Origin: an uncultured Pseudomonadales bacterium
Lineage (GTDB): Bacteria; Patescibacteriota; Microgenomatia; UBA1400; MFAQ01
Reading direction: 5' to 3'
Length of the DNA stretch: 64,000 nucleotides
Assembly (NCBI GenBank): GCA_964357975.1
Contig: CAYHNG010000004.1
Location: 6,380 to 70,379 of the forward strand
Shown: in pieces, positions 9,935 through 19,182 of the stretch
Layout: each line of letters begins with the position of its first letter
How positions within the stretch are numbered: the stretch's first letter is position 1
Translations under genes and position numbers: made by a program
The notes under the pieces: generated by a model
Databases searched by the model: none
Seen by the model: the letters and a program-made list of their open reading frames with translations, nothing else
What the model was told of the DNA's origin: nothing

Positions 9935-11250
9935 AAATTACTCCTCTAATTGGTCTCGAAGTACACGTAGAGCTGGAGACAAAATCCAAAATGTTTTGTG
10001 GATGTCCGGCCGATCACTTTGGAAAAGCGCCAAATACTCAAACTTGTCCTGTTTGTCTGGGCTTGCCCGGCGCTCTACCGGTCCCCAACAAAAAGGCGAT
10101 TGAGAGTTGTCTCAAAATTGGCCTTGCCATTAATTGCTCTACAAATCGCCTCTCGAAATTCGATCGCAAACAATATTTTTACCCTGATCTCTCTAAGGGT
10201 TATCAAATTAGTCAATACGATCAACCCTTTTGCTCGGAAGGCTTTGTAAGTCTTGATTCCGGAAAAAAGATTGGCATCGAAAGAGTTCATCAAGAAGAAG
10301 ACACCGGCAAGCTCCAGCACACTGCTATCAACGGAGAAAAGGTAACTTTGGTAGACTTCAATCGTTCCGGTGTCCCTTTGGTCGAAATAGTCTCTAAGCC
10401 TGATATGACCAGTAGTGCTGAAGCCAAAGAATACTTAAAAAAGATTCATGAAATCATTAGGGCCATTGGTGTTTCCAATGCCGACATGGAAAAGGGTCAG
10501 ATGCGACTAGAGCCAACAGTCAACGTATGCGTTGAGAATGAAACGGGTATTCACTACACTCCTCTGGTAGAGGTCAAAAATATCAACTCTTTTAATTTTG
10601 CAGTTCAGGCCATTGAATTTGAAATCAAGCGTCAGGTCGAAGAGTTTGAAAGAAGCGGCGTCGAAAAGAGTCCAACCAACAAAACCACCAGAGGGTACGA
10701 TTCGGTCAAAAAGGTTACCTTCTTGCAAAGGACCAAAGAAGAAGCCAAAGATTATCGGTATTTTCCTGAGCCGGACATCCCCCCATTTATTATTGAGGAT
10801 GATTTTGTAGAAAAAATTAAGAAAGAACTTCCTCTGCTACCCGATCAGGAAATATCTTCATTGGAAATGCTCGGTGTGGATAAAAAAGATGCCAAGATCC
10901 TCGTCAGTACCGACAATCAAGTCGCTATTCAAATTATTCATGATTACGCCGACGATGATCGGGTTGAACCCAAGAAACTTGCCAGTTTGATTGTCAACGG
11001 CAAACTTGACCCGGCAGAACACATTCTTGTTCGATATCAAGAACTTACCAAAGTTGGCAATACCGATAGGGGAGAGCTGGAAAAAGTTATTCAAGGACTT
11101 ATGCTAGCTAACCCAGTTCTAGTGGCAGACTTCAAAGGCGGCAAGGTCGCCGTAGCCGGCTTTTTTGTTGGTCAAGCCATGAAAGAAACCAAAGGTACCG
11201 CCGACCCCAAGACCCTCAGTGAAGTTGTGTTGGACCTACTCAACAAATAA
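9931..11250 (+). CDS. gatB: Glu-tRNA(Gln)/Asp-tRNA(Asn) amidotransferase subunit B
   Basis: MKITPLIGLEVHVELETKSKMFCGC is the GatB N-terminus. Start overlaps the gatA stop. Confidence 0.9.
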   Translation: MKITPLIGLEVHVELETKSKMFCGCPADHFGKAPNTQTCPVCLGLPGALPVPNKKAIESCLKIGLAINCSTNRLSKFDRKQYFYPDLSKGYQISQYDQPFCSEGFVSLDSGKKIGIERVHQEEDTGKLQHTAINGEKVTLVDFNRSGVPLVEIVSKPDMTSSAEAKEYLKKIHEIIRAIGVSNADMEKGQMRLEPTVNVCVENETGIHYTPLVEVKNINSFNFAVQAIEFEIKRQVEEFERSGVEKSPTNKTTRGYDSVKKVTFLQRTKEEAKDYRYFPEPDIPPFIIEDDFVEKIKKELPLLPDQEISSLEMLGVDKKDAKILVSTDNQVAIQIIHDYADDDRVEPKKLASLIVNGKLDPAEHILVRYQELTKVGNTDRGELEKVIQGLMLANPVLVADFKGGKVAVAGFFVGQAMKETKGTADPKTLSEVVLDLLNK

Positions 11251-11553
11251 GCAGAGCTTTTTTGGGAATCCAACGATTTTCCCTCTCTTCACCACTACCC
11301 CTTCCGCTCGAAGTAATCTAATTTTCTGTTGAATTTCTTCACCAGAGGTTTTTCCCATAAATCCCCCAATACTTCCATCGCTTCGAACTACTCTATGGCA
11401 AGGAACTTCGGGAGCGTACGGGTTATGTTTTAAAGCCTGACCAACGGCTCTGTAAGCTTTGGTGCCTAATTTTTCACCCAACACCTTATACGTCGTCACT
11501 TGTCCTTTGGGTACACTTTTTAGAATTTTGTAAACTTCATCAGCGAAACTCAT
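11236..11553 (-). CDS. minimal methylated-DNA-protein-cysteine methyltransferase DNA-binding domain protein (MGMT/Ogt C-terminal domain only)
   Basis: PCHRVV active-site motif with the Cys retained. 105 aa, so the N-terminal domain is absent. Confidence 0.6.
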   Translation of the reverse strand: MSFADEVYKILKSVPKGQVTTYKVLGEKLGTKAYRAVGQALKHNPYAPEVPCHRVVRSDGSIGGFMGKTSGEEIQQKIRLLRAEGVVVKRGKIVGFPKKLCLFVE

Positions 11554-11580
11554 ACATATAGTATACTATAGGCAGAAAAT

Positions 11581-12216
11581 ATGGAAAAAATCACCCACCG
11601 AAACCCAGACTTAGACAAGGAACAGACCAAATATAGGCACGATGTGGCCCAGTTGGAGGTCACAGAAGGTTATGCCTTGCTTTCTGAAGACCAAAGAGCA
11701 ATTATTCGTAGTACTCTAATTGTTCAGATAAGAGCCGAAAGAGACATGGATCCGACACACAAAAACGATCCTTGGTATTATGACTGGCTCAAAAACAGAG
11801 GTCACCGGCCAAAATATCAAAAAAGTCTTGAACATGTAAAACAATGGTACTGTCACGCGGCTGTGGCAGCTCTCGAAGGTCAAGGTCTATCCGGTACCAG
11901 ACCACCAAACTGTCAAGTAGATTTCTTTGACGGAGCATATCTTCCTATTGACCAGGAATTTGAGTTGAGGAAGGCGGTTGAGTTTTTTGGCTTTCCTTGC
12001 GTTGTTCATGTTAGTACCGAACTTGGCAACTCAAGCGGAGAAAAAACGAAATATCACACCTTATTGGCACTGGGACATGATCCGGAAGGTCAGATTGTGG
12101 TCTGGGAAAAGCAAAGAATCGGACTTCCGTATAGAATAACCCAATTGAGTCAGGTGTACGAAGATTACAGACACGTTCATTGTTGGGGTTTTCGAAAACT
12201 GCGGTCCTCTACTTGA
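11581..12216 (+). CDS. hypothetical protein (possible Cys/His hydrolase)
   Basis: 211 aa. WYCHAAVAAL and KYHTLLALGHD could form a Cys-His dyad. This is speculative. Confidence 0.3.
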   Translation: MEKITHRNPDLDKEQTKYRHDVAQLEVTEGYALLSEDQRAIIRSTLIVQIRAERDMDPTHKNDPWYYDWLKNRGHRPKYQKSLEHVKQWYCHAAVAALEGQGLSGTRPPNCQVDFFDGAYLPIDQEFELRKAVEFFGFPCVVHVSTELGNSSGEKTKYHTLLALGHDPEGQIVVWEKQRIGLPYRITQLSQVYEDYRHVHCWGFRKLRSST

Positions 12217-12249
12217 AATATTCGCAAATAACCCTGAAGATAACAGTGC

Positions 12250-15200
12250 ATGCCAAAGTTCATCCATCTTCATACTCACACCGAATTTTCCCTCTTGGAT
12301 GGATTAAGTAAAATTAGCAAACTCGTCGCCAAAACCAAGGAGTTTGGTCAAAATGCTGTTGCTATCACCGATCATGGTTCCATGTATGGTGCTATAGAGT
12401 TCTACAAAAAAGCCACCAAAGAAGAGATAAAGCCCATCATTGGTTGCGAAATTTATCTAGCCAAGAATTCCAGATTTGACAAGAACAAATCGGATGCCAA
12501 CCACCTGATATTATTAGCCGAAGACTTTGAAGGATATCAGAATTTACTCAAAATCGTCACCATCGGCCAAACGGAAGGCTTTTACTACAAGCCAAGAGTC
12601 GACAAGGAAACGCTTGCCAAATACTCCAAAGGCCTCATTTGTACAACTGCTTGTCCGACAGGAAGGGTGCAAAGGTTATTACTCGAAGAAGGTTTGGAGT
12701 CGGCTAAGAAGGAACTGCTTGAATACGAGCAGATCTTTGGCTCAAAAAACATCTTTATCGAACTCCAGCGACATCATTACGACCGATATGCCCTCCACCC
12801 ATCGGTTCCGACCGAAATCAAACCCAAACTTTTGGATTTCTTTCAAAACGAAAGGAAGGCGGAAGAAGGACTGATTAAACTTTCTCGGGAACTGGGGATA
12901 CCTTTGATCGCCACCAATGATTCACATTATATAAATCAGGAAGACGCTGCAGCCCAGGACGCCCTAGTCTGCGTCCAGACGGGTAAAATGCTCGAAGACA
13001 CTAATCGTATGCGGTATGTCGACACTCCGGACTTCTATCTAAAAAGTCCCGACGAAATGACTACCGAGTTTCAAGATTTACCGGAAGCACTGGAAAATAC
13101 TCAAAAAATAGCCGATCGTTGCGCCGTTACCATTAAGTTGGGAGAGTGGTATTTTCCAAAGTTAGATCTTCCTGTCGGAAAATCAGCTGGAGAAGTACTC
13201 CGAGAAAAAGCATATACCGGTTGCCGGGAGATCTTTGGGTCTGTTAACGAAGAACAAAAAACACGCTTGGATTATGAACTGGATATTATCGAAAAAAAGG
13301 GTTATTCACCATATTTTTTACTCGAGTCGGGCATCGTCAACTATGCAAACGATACAGGTATTTATACAAACACCAGAGGCTCAGCGGCCGGCTCATTAGT
13401 TTCATATTGTGTGGGGATTACCACCGTCGACCCCTTGTATTTTAGATTACCGTTCGAACGGTTTTTAAATCCGTTTCGACCATCACCACCGGATATTGAT
13501 CTTGATGTTGCCGATATTCATCGTGATGCTCTAATTCACTACTTGGCCAAAACTTATGGACATGAGAAAGTCGGTCAGATTTGTACCTTTGGAACCATGA
13601 AAGCCAGAGCTGCAGTTCGAGATATTGGCCGGGTAATGGGACTCCCGTATTCTCAAGTTGACAAGATCTCCAAAACAATACCGGAGGGTAGTCAGGGCTT
13701 TCCCATGACTCTAAAGAAGGCTTTAGAGACCACACCAGAGCTTCAAAAGATGAAAGACGATAATCCAGAGGTCAAACGTCTCTTAGATATGGCTCAAAAA
13801 GTGGAAGGCAATGCGCGCCATATTTCAGTACATGCCGCCGCCGTTATCGTTGGTCCGGAAAATTTAGTTAAGTTCACCCCGCTTCAGCAAGAAACACGTG
13901 GAGGAGACCGAGTAATTACCCAATACGAGATGCACGCCTGTGAAGACGTGGGTTTGATCAAACTGGATATTCTAGGAATTGCCAATCTCACCATTTTGGC
14001 CAACGCAGTTAGGCTGGTCGAAAAACTTTCTCAAATCAAAATAAACATCAAAAAAATTCCCCTTGACGACGCTCCTACTTTTGAAATGTTGGCCAGAGGA
14101 GAAACCTTTGGTGTTTTTCAGCTCTCGGGAGGTGGTATGACTAAGTACTTAGTTGACCTCAAACCGGAAAGAATTGAAGATGTGATGGCCATGGTGGCAC
14201 TTTATCGACCAGGACCCATGGGCAGTATTCCTGAATACATTGCTCGAAAGCATGATCCGAGCAAGGTTGCCTATTTTGTACCCGGACTAGAAACAATTCT
14301 CGATCAATCATATGGCATCATTACTTACCAAGACGACGTGCTTTTTATGGCTATTCAGTTGGCTGGATATAATTGGGAAGAGGCAGATAAGTTTAGAAAA
14401 GCGATCGGTAAAAAAATTGTCTCCGAGATGGAGGCTCAGCATTCTAAGTTTGTCGAAGGCTGTATAAGAAACTCTGCTATCCCCAAAGAAAAAGCCGAAG
14501 AGTTGTTTAAACAAATAGAAACCTTTGCCGCTTATGGTTTTAATAAAGCTCATGCCGCTTCGTACGGTATTGTCGCTTACTGGACGGCATATATCAAAGC
14601 CCATTATCCGGTTGAATATATGACTGCCTTAATGTCGGTGGAAGCAGGAGATACCGACAAAATAGTTCAAGCTATCTCGGAATGTGAAAAACTAGGCATT
14701 AAGGTCTTACCACCGGATGTGAATGAGTCTCTCACCGATTTTACCGTTGTTGATTTACAGGAAGACCAGTGGCTTCCGGAAGGTCGGGCCAGAGACTCCG
14801 GAAAGGCTATTCGTTTTGGGCTGTCCGCGATCAAAAATGTTGGCTCATCTGCCATAACTACCATTCTCGAGGCCAGACAAGAAAATTTGTTTCAATCATT
14901 TACCGATTTCCTCAAAAGAGTGGATCTTCAAAAAGTAAACAAGAGGGTTGCTGAATCGTTAATCAAAGCAGGGGCTCTGGATCGCTACGGCAATCGAGCC
15001 CAGCTCATCTCCGCCTTGCCGATTATTCGGGATAGCTCAGTTAGATTACAAAAAAGACAGGGAGAAAGCCAGGTCAGCTTATTTGGTAATGCTTCAGTAG
15101 ATAATATTACCGACAATCTTCCCAATATTCCGGAAATGCCATTGGAAGACAAACTAAAGATGGAAAAGGAGCTCTTGGGGTTCTACCTTTCGGATAATCC

Positions 15201-15753
15201 GGTAAAAAAGATCGTCCGGATTGTCTCGGATTTGATAACTCACAAGATTGCTCATCTGGATCCGACACTTCATCTCAACCAGATCGTCACCCTAGCGGGA
15301 GTTATCAGCCGTGAAAAGCTTGTCAATACTAAGAAGAACAACTCCAAAATGGCCTTTGTCACCCTTCAGGACGATACCGGAACCATCGATTGCATCATTT
15401 TCCCCAAACTTTACGCCGAAAACCCCGAACTTTGGCACGAAGACTCTCCACTTCTTATTAAAGGCAAGGTCGACAATCGAGAGGATAAGCTTCAGATCGT
15501 GGTCGAATCAGGCACCATTATTGACACCAAGCTGACCCCGAGAGATATGATCCACGAAATCTTCATCAAGTCAGGTACCCCGAAGGAAGTCATGCAACAG
15601 ATTAGTGATCTTCTTAAAGGTCATCCGGGAGACCACGAAATTGTCGTGGCCATTGAATCCGGGAACAATCTAAAAAAGATAACTTTACCTTATAAGGTGG
15701 ATTACACTCCGGTTTTGGAGAAACAGGTGGAAAAAACCCTTCACGGCTGGTAA
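12250..15753 (+). CDS. dnaE: DNA polymerase III alpha subunit
   Basis: PHP domain FIHLHTHTEFSLLDG at the N-terminus. 1167 aa with polymerase core and OB-fold regions. Confidence 0.95.
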   Translation: MPKFIHLHTHTEFSLLDGLSKISKLVAKTKEFGQNAVAITDHGSMYGAIEFYKKATKEEIKPIIGCEIYLAKNSRFDKNKSDANHLILLAEDFEGYQNLLKIVTIGQTEGFYYKPRVDKETLAKYSKGLICTTACPTGRVQRLLLEEGLESAKKELLEYEQIFGSKNIFIELQRHHYDRYALHPSVPTEIKPKLLDFFQNERKAEEGLIKLSRELGIPLIATNDSHYINQEDAAAQDALVCVQTGKMLEDTNRMRYVDTPDFYLKSPDEMTTEFQDLPEALENTQKIADRCAVTIKLGEWYFPKLDLPVGKSAGEVLREKAYTGCREIFGSVNEEQKTRLDYELDIIEKKGYSPYFLLESGIVNYANDTGIYTNTRGSAAGSLVSYCVGITTVDPLYFRLPFERFLNPFRPSPPDIDLDVADIHRDALIHYLAKTYGHEKVGQICTFGTMKARAAVRDIGRVMGLPYSQVDKISKTIPEGSQGFPMTLKKALETTPELQKMKDDNPEVKRLLDMAQKVEGNARHISVHAAAVIVGPENLVKFTPLQQETRGGDRVITQYEMHACEDVGLIKLDILGIANLTILANAVRLVEKLSQIKINIKKIPLDDAPTFEMLARGETFGVFQLSGGGMTKYLVDLKPERIEDVMAMVALYRPGPMGSIPEYIARKHDPSKVAYFVPGLETILDQSYGIITYQDDVLFMAIQLAGYNWEEADKFRKAIGKKIVSEMEAQHSKFVEGCIRNSAIPKEKAEELFKQIETFAAYGFNKAHAASYGIVAYWTAYIKAHYPVEYMTALMSVEAGDTDKIVQAISECEKLGIKVLPPDVNESLTDFTVVDLQEDQWLPEGRARDSGKAIRFGLSAIKNVGSSAITTILEARQENLFQSFTDFLKRVDLQKVNKRVAESLIKAGALDRYGNRAQLISALPIIRDSSVRLQKRQGESQVSLFGNASVDNITDNLPNIPEMPLEDKLKMEKELLGFYLSDNPVKKIVRIVSDLITHKIAHLDPTLHLNQIVTLAGVISREKLVNTKKNNSKMAFVTLQDDTGTIDCIIFPKLYAENPELWHEDSPLLIKGKVDNREDKLQIVVESGTIIDTKLTPRDMIHEIFIKSGTPKEVMQQISDLLKGHPGDHEIVVAIESGNNLKKITLPYKVDYTPVLEKQVEKTLHGW

Positions 15754-15763
15754 AATCAACGTA

Positions 15764-15781
15764 TTCGTTGTCCTCGCGCAG
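15764..15781 (+). terminator. CCTCGC-GCAG-GCGAGG hairpin downstream of dnaE (no U-tract)
   Basis: Perfect 6-7 bp inverted repeat right after the dnaE stop. The same stem theme recurs at 31487..31502. Confidence 0.3.
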
Positions 15782-15811
15782 GCGAGGAACTATATAAATA
15801 ACCTACATAAT

Positions 15812-16339
15812 ATGGCAAATCAAATCAAATGGCAGGACAAAATCGGCTTCGGAGTCGGGGACACTATCAAAGTCTCTCTGGCTGTCAAAGAAGGAGAGAA
15901 GACCCGTATCCAGATTTTTCAGGGTATTGTGATCGCCATTCGTGGTACCGGCGAAGGTAAAAACTTCATTGTTCGCAAAATTGCCACCGGAGGCGTTGGT
16001 GTCGAGAAAATTCTCCCCATCAACACTCCCACCATCACCGGTATCGAAATTGTCAAAAAAGGCAAGGTCAGACGAGCCAAGCTTTACTATCTCCGAGACC
16101 TACTTGGTAAGAAAGCTACCAAAATCAAAGATGTTTTTGTTAAGAAGGGCCAGAAGGCCGAAGTGGAGGTTCCCGTCGAGGCCACTTTCGAGAAGCCTGA
16201 GACTGGCGTAAAAGAAGAAAAAGCCAGACCGGAAGCGGTTAAGGTCAAAAACGCTCCTAAAGTCGAGGTTGTCAAAGTCAAAAAGGTCAAAAAGGGCCCC
16301 AAAAAGATTGTTCGCAAAGAAAAGGTTTTTGTCCGTTAA
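15812..16339 (+). CDS. rplS: 50S ribosomal protein L19 with Lys-rich C-terminal extension
   Basis: GDTIKVSLAVKEGEKTRIQIFQGIVIAIRG...FIVRKIATGGVGVEKILPINTP...RRAKLYYLRD is L19. The tail is KVKKVKKGPKKIVRKEK. Confidence 0.85.
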   Translation: MANQIKWQDKIGFGVGDTIKVSLAVKEGEKTRIQIFQGIVIAIRGTGEGKNFIVRKIATGGVGVEKILPINTPTITGIEIVKKGKVRRAKLYYLRDLLGKKATKIKDVFVKKGQKAEVEVPVEATFEKPETGVKEEKARPEAVKVKNAPKVEVVKVKKVKKGPKKIVRKEKVFVR

Positions 16340-16357
16340 TCCTTTGACGGATTCCAC

Positions 16358-16385
16358 AATAAAAACCCCCGATATCTCGGGGGTT
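16358..16385. terminator. rho-independent terminator between convergent rplS and a membrane-protein gene
   Basis: AATAAAAA-CCCCCGA-TATC-TCGGGGG-TT. The 7-bp GC stem is flanked by an A-run (U-run for the minus gene) and TT. Confidence 0.5.
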
Positions 16386-16396
16386 AGCTTTCCAAC

Positions 16397-16711
16397 CTAC
16401 TTGCTCAGGTTGGCATGTTCTACTGCTTCCTCAGCTTCAATCTCTAAATCCTCAAGTTCCATCTGACGAAGCTTACGTTCGTGCCGCAAATTGATGTAAT
16501 CAATCCAGGCCGGAGAGGTGATTGCCACGAGCAAGACCGGCAAGATCCATTGGGCTGCGAACATATACCACAGATTCCCGCTTTGGCACGCAGCATAAAC
16601 TACTCCAAAGCACATGCCAATAAAGGGGGCAAATGTTACGATTAGCGCGGACAAGGCCCAGACGCAAAATACCAAAATGGCAAACCATTTAAGAACCATC
16701 TTCCAGTTCAT
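16397..16711 (-). CDS. small membrane protein
   Basis: Two or three hydrophobic helices (WFAILVFCVWALSALIVTFAPFIGMCFGVVYAA ; WILPVLLVAITSPAWI). Confidence 0.35.
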   Translation of the reverse strand: MNWKMVLKWFAILVFCVWALSALIVTFAPFIGMCFGVVYAACQSGNLWYMFAAQWILPVLLVAITSPAWIDYINLRHERKLRQMELEDLEIEAEEAVEHANLSK

Positions 16712-16761
16712 CGTAACCTCCAGGGTTTGGGATGATGTTAAACTACAGGCATATTATATAC

Positions 16762-17451
16762 CTAGTCGGTGATGATCACCTTTTTGTTCTTGAAGCTGTA
16801 CAGCATGGCTGGACGGTGGGCAATTCCTTCCAGCTTCTTTCCAGAAGCCACAATCAGGCCAGTGGATAGGATCTTTTTTCTGAAATTCCTTTTATCTATC
16901 GTAGTTTTAAGAATAATTTCGTATATTTTCTGTAAATCAGTAAGAGTAAAAGATCCCGGTAAAAGCCCCAAAACTATATTGGTATACCCCAGTTTGTTCC
17001 TTAGTCTTTGTAGTCCATATTTAAGGATCTCGGCGTGATCAAAGGCCAATTTTGGCAGTTTGTCTATGGAGAAAAAATCGGCGGCATTGGCGTCGCCTGT
17101 AGACTTCAGTTTCCATTCTGCTTTCGCGGCTAGGGCCATATAGGTTACTGTAATTACTCTAGTTCTGGGATCTCTTTTGGGATTACCAAACGTATATAGC
17201 TGTTCCAGATACAATCCTTTAACGCCGGTTTCTTCCACCAGCTCTCTCGTAGCCGCCTCATCCAGCGATTCATTCATATGCACGAACCCACCCGGTAGGG
17301 CCCAAGAGCTTTCGAAAGGAGCTTCATTCCTCTTAACCAGTAGGATTCTTAATTCACCCTTCTCGACGGTGAAAAGTAATACATCTACCGTTACTGAGGG
17401 TCTATCATATTGGGTCACATCATATTTTGCGGGCATGTGTCTATTATACAC
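16762..17451 (-). CDS. nrtR: NrtR-family Nudix-related transcriptional regulator
   Basis: Nudix box GGFVHMNESLDEAATRELVEETGV fits Gx5Ex7REUxEExGU. The C-terminal LAFDHAEILKYGLQRLRNKLGYTNIVLGLLPGSFTLTDLQKIYEIIL..DKRNFRKKILSTGLI matches the NrtR winged-helix domain. Confidence 0.7.
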   Translation of the reverse strand: MYNRHMPAKYDVTQYDRPSVTVDVLLFTVEKGELRILLVKRNEAPFESSWALPGGFVHMNESLDEAATRELVEETGVKGLYLEQLYTFGNPKRDPRTRVITVTYMALAAKAEWKLKSTGDANAADFFSIDKLPKLAFDHAEILKYGLQRLRNKLGYTNIVLGLLPGSFTLTDLQKIYEIILKTTIDKRNFRKKILSTGLIVASGKKLEGIAHRPAMLYSFKNKKVIITD

Positions 17452-17501
17452 TTTCGTGCGCCGTTTCTTTCTGGCCGGAAAAAATATTCTATACTTAAAC
17501 G

Positions 17502-19160
17502 ATGTTGGTTTTATTACTCATATCGTTTATCTCAGGACTTCTCACAATTTTCGCCCCTTGTATCTGGCCCATACTGCCGATTGTTCTGTCTACCTCAACA
17601 GGAGGCCCAAAACGACCATTAGGTGTCACTATCGGCATTCTACTTAGTTTTTCCGTACTTACTCTCAGTCTTTCCTATCTGGTCAAAATTTTTCATTTTG
17701 ACCCGGACAGTCTTCGTTTGATGGCCGTTGCCATTATCGGTTTTCTGGGAGTTGTTCTCATCTTTCCACGACTTTCAGCCAGACTGGAAGGATTTACCTC
17801 CAGGATCGGAAATATCTTTGGCGGAAGGTTTTCTTCGAGCTCCGGTTTTTGGGGCGGTCTCCTCGCTGGCGTTAGTCTGGGAATAGTCTGGGCCCCGTGT
17901 GCGGGCCCCATTCTGGCTACCATCGCCGCCCTATCCGCTACTAGATCCGTTAACTCACAGGTCGTATTAATTACCGTGGTTTATATGCTGGGAACCGGTA
18001 TTCCCTTACTTTTGTTTGCTGTTTTTGGAAGGAATCTGCTCCTCAACAGCCGTCGTCTTTCTCCCTATACCGGCCGACTTCAGCAATTTCTTGGCGCTGT
18101 CATGGTTGCGACAGCGATGTTAATTTGGTCAGGTTATGACCGAGTCTTGCAGGCCAAATTATTAAACTTATTCCCTGTCTATAGTAACTTTATATATCAA
18201 ATAGAACAAACCGATCAAGTTCAAAAGGAACTAAAACGGCTGCAGGGTAAAGATCCAGCCATCACTCCTTTACCCAAATCATTTCTACCTGACTTAGGAA
18301 AAACTCCAGAAATAAAGGGAATTTCCAACTGGTTAAACAGTCCTCCTTTGGAAATCTCATCACTCAAGGGCAAGGTTGTTTTGGTAGATTTCTGGACCTA
18401 TTCGTGTATAAACTGCATCAGGACACTTCCATTTGTCACAGCTTGGTACGAAAAGTATAAGGATCATGGATTCGTGGTCATCGGAGTTCACACACCAGAG
18501 TTTGAATTCGAAAAGAAAACAGACAATGTTCGAAATGCCCTTAAGATGTTCGGGGTCAACTATCCGGTAGCCCAGGACAATAGCTATTCTACTTGGAATA
18601 GCTTCAACAATGTTTATTGGCCGGCTAAGTATCTCGTCGACAAAGATGGTCATCTCAGGTATCAGCACAGTGGCGAAGGCATGTATGCCGAAACTGAGAA
18701 GGCGATTCAAACATTATTGGCTGAAACCGGTCAACTCGTGCCACAGGAGATTCTCTCCATGCCCGATCAAACGCCCCGAACAAGATTGACACCGGAAACC
18801 TATCTCGGGAAAAGCAGGATGAAAAAATTCTCACCGGCTTTTAAGTATTTAGGAGAATGGATAATCGAAAACGAGTTTGGAGAAAGTAGTCCCGGCTCAT
18901 CACTTGAATTAGATTTTTATGCCAATAAAGTTTTTCTGGTTATCATCCCTGATAGCTCAACGGACATTATTACGTTGACCCTTGACGGCATGCCCCTCCG
19001 TAGCGATGTCGCCGGAAAGGATGTTGTCAACGGTAAGGTGCTCTTAACCATACCGCGACTTTATGAACTTATCGACCTTCGTGGAAACCCTGGTGAGCAC
19101 ATTCTTCGCCTAGACTTTGGACACAAGGGGACTAAGGTCTTCGCCTTCACTTTTGGCTAA
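17502..19160 (+). CDS. DipZ/DsbD-like thiol:disulfide interchange protein (CcdA membrane domain fused to thioredoxin-like domain)
   Basis: N-terminal CcdA-type transmembrane helices, including TIFAPCIWPILP with Cys. C-terminal redoxin with WTYSCINC (CxxC) and VIGVHTPEFEFEK. Confidence 0.7.
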   Translation: MLVLLLISFISGLLTIFAPCIWPILPIVLSTSTGGPKRPLGVTIGILLSFSVLTLSLSYLVKIFHFDPDSLRLMAVAIIGFLGVVLIFPRLSARLEGFTSRIGNIFGGRFSSSSGFWGGLLAGVSLGIVWAPCAGPILATIAALSATRSVNSQVVLITVVYMLGTGIPLLLFAVFGRNLLLNSRRLSPYTGRLQQFLGAVMVATAMLIWSGYDRVLQAKLLNLFPVYSNFIYQIEQTDQVQKELKRLQGKDPAITPLPKSFLPDLGKTPEIKGISNWLNSPPLEISSLKGKVVLVDFWTYSCINCIRTLPFVTAWYEKYKDHGFVVIGVHTPEFEFEKKTDNVRNALKMFGVNYPVAQDNSYSTWNSFNNVYWPAKYLVDKDGHLRYQHSGEGMYAETEKAIQTLLAETGQLVPQEILSMPDQTPRTRLTPETYLGKSRMKKFSPAFKYLGEWIIENEFGESSPGSSLELDFYANKVFLVIIPDSSTDIITLTLDGMPLRSDVAGKDVVNGKVLLTIPRLYELIDLRGNPGEHILRLDFGHKGTKVFAFTFG

Positions 19161-19182
19161 TCTGCTATATTTATTACATCGG

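Noticed and set aside
12527-14954. Alternative-frame ORFs inside dnaE (12527..12874+, 13442..13735-, 14308..14604-, 14667..14864-)
   Set aside because: Embedded in a 1167-aa gene with continuous polymerase homology. No independent signals.
15942-16357. ORFs overlapping rplS in other frames or strands
   Set aside because: Frame-shadow artefacts of the Lys-rich (AAR-rich) L19 tail.
17177-17647. 156-aa ORF antisense to nrtR
   Set aside because: Fully overlaps the NrtR gene, which has clear Nudix and wHTH signatures.
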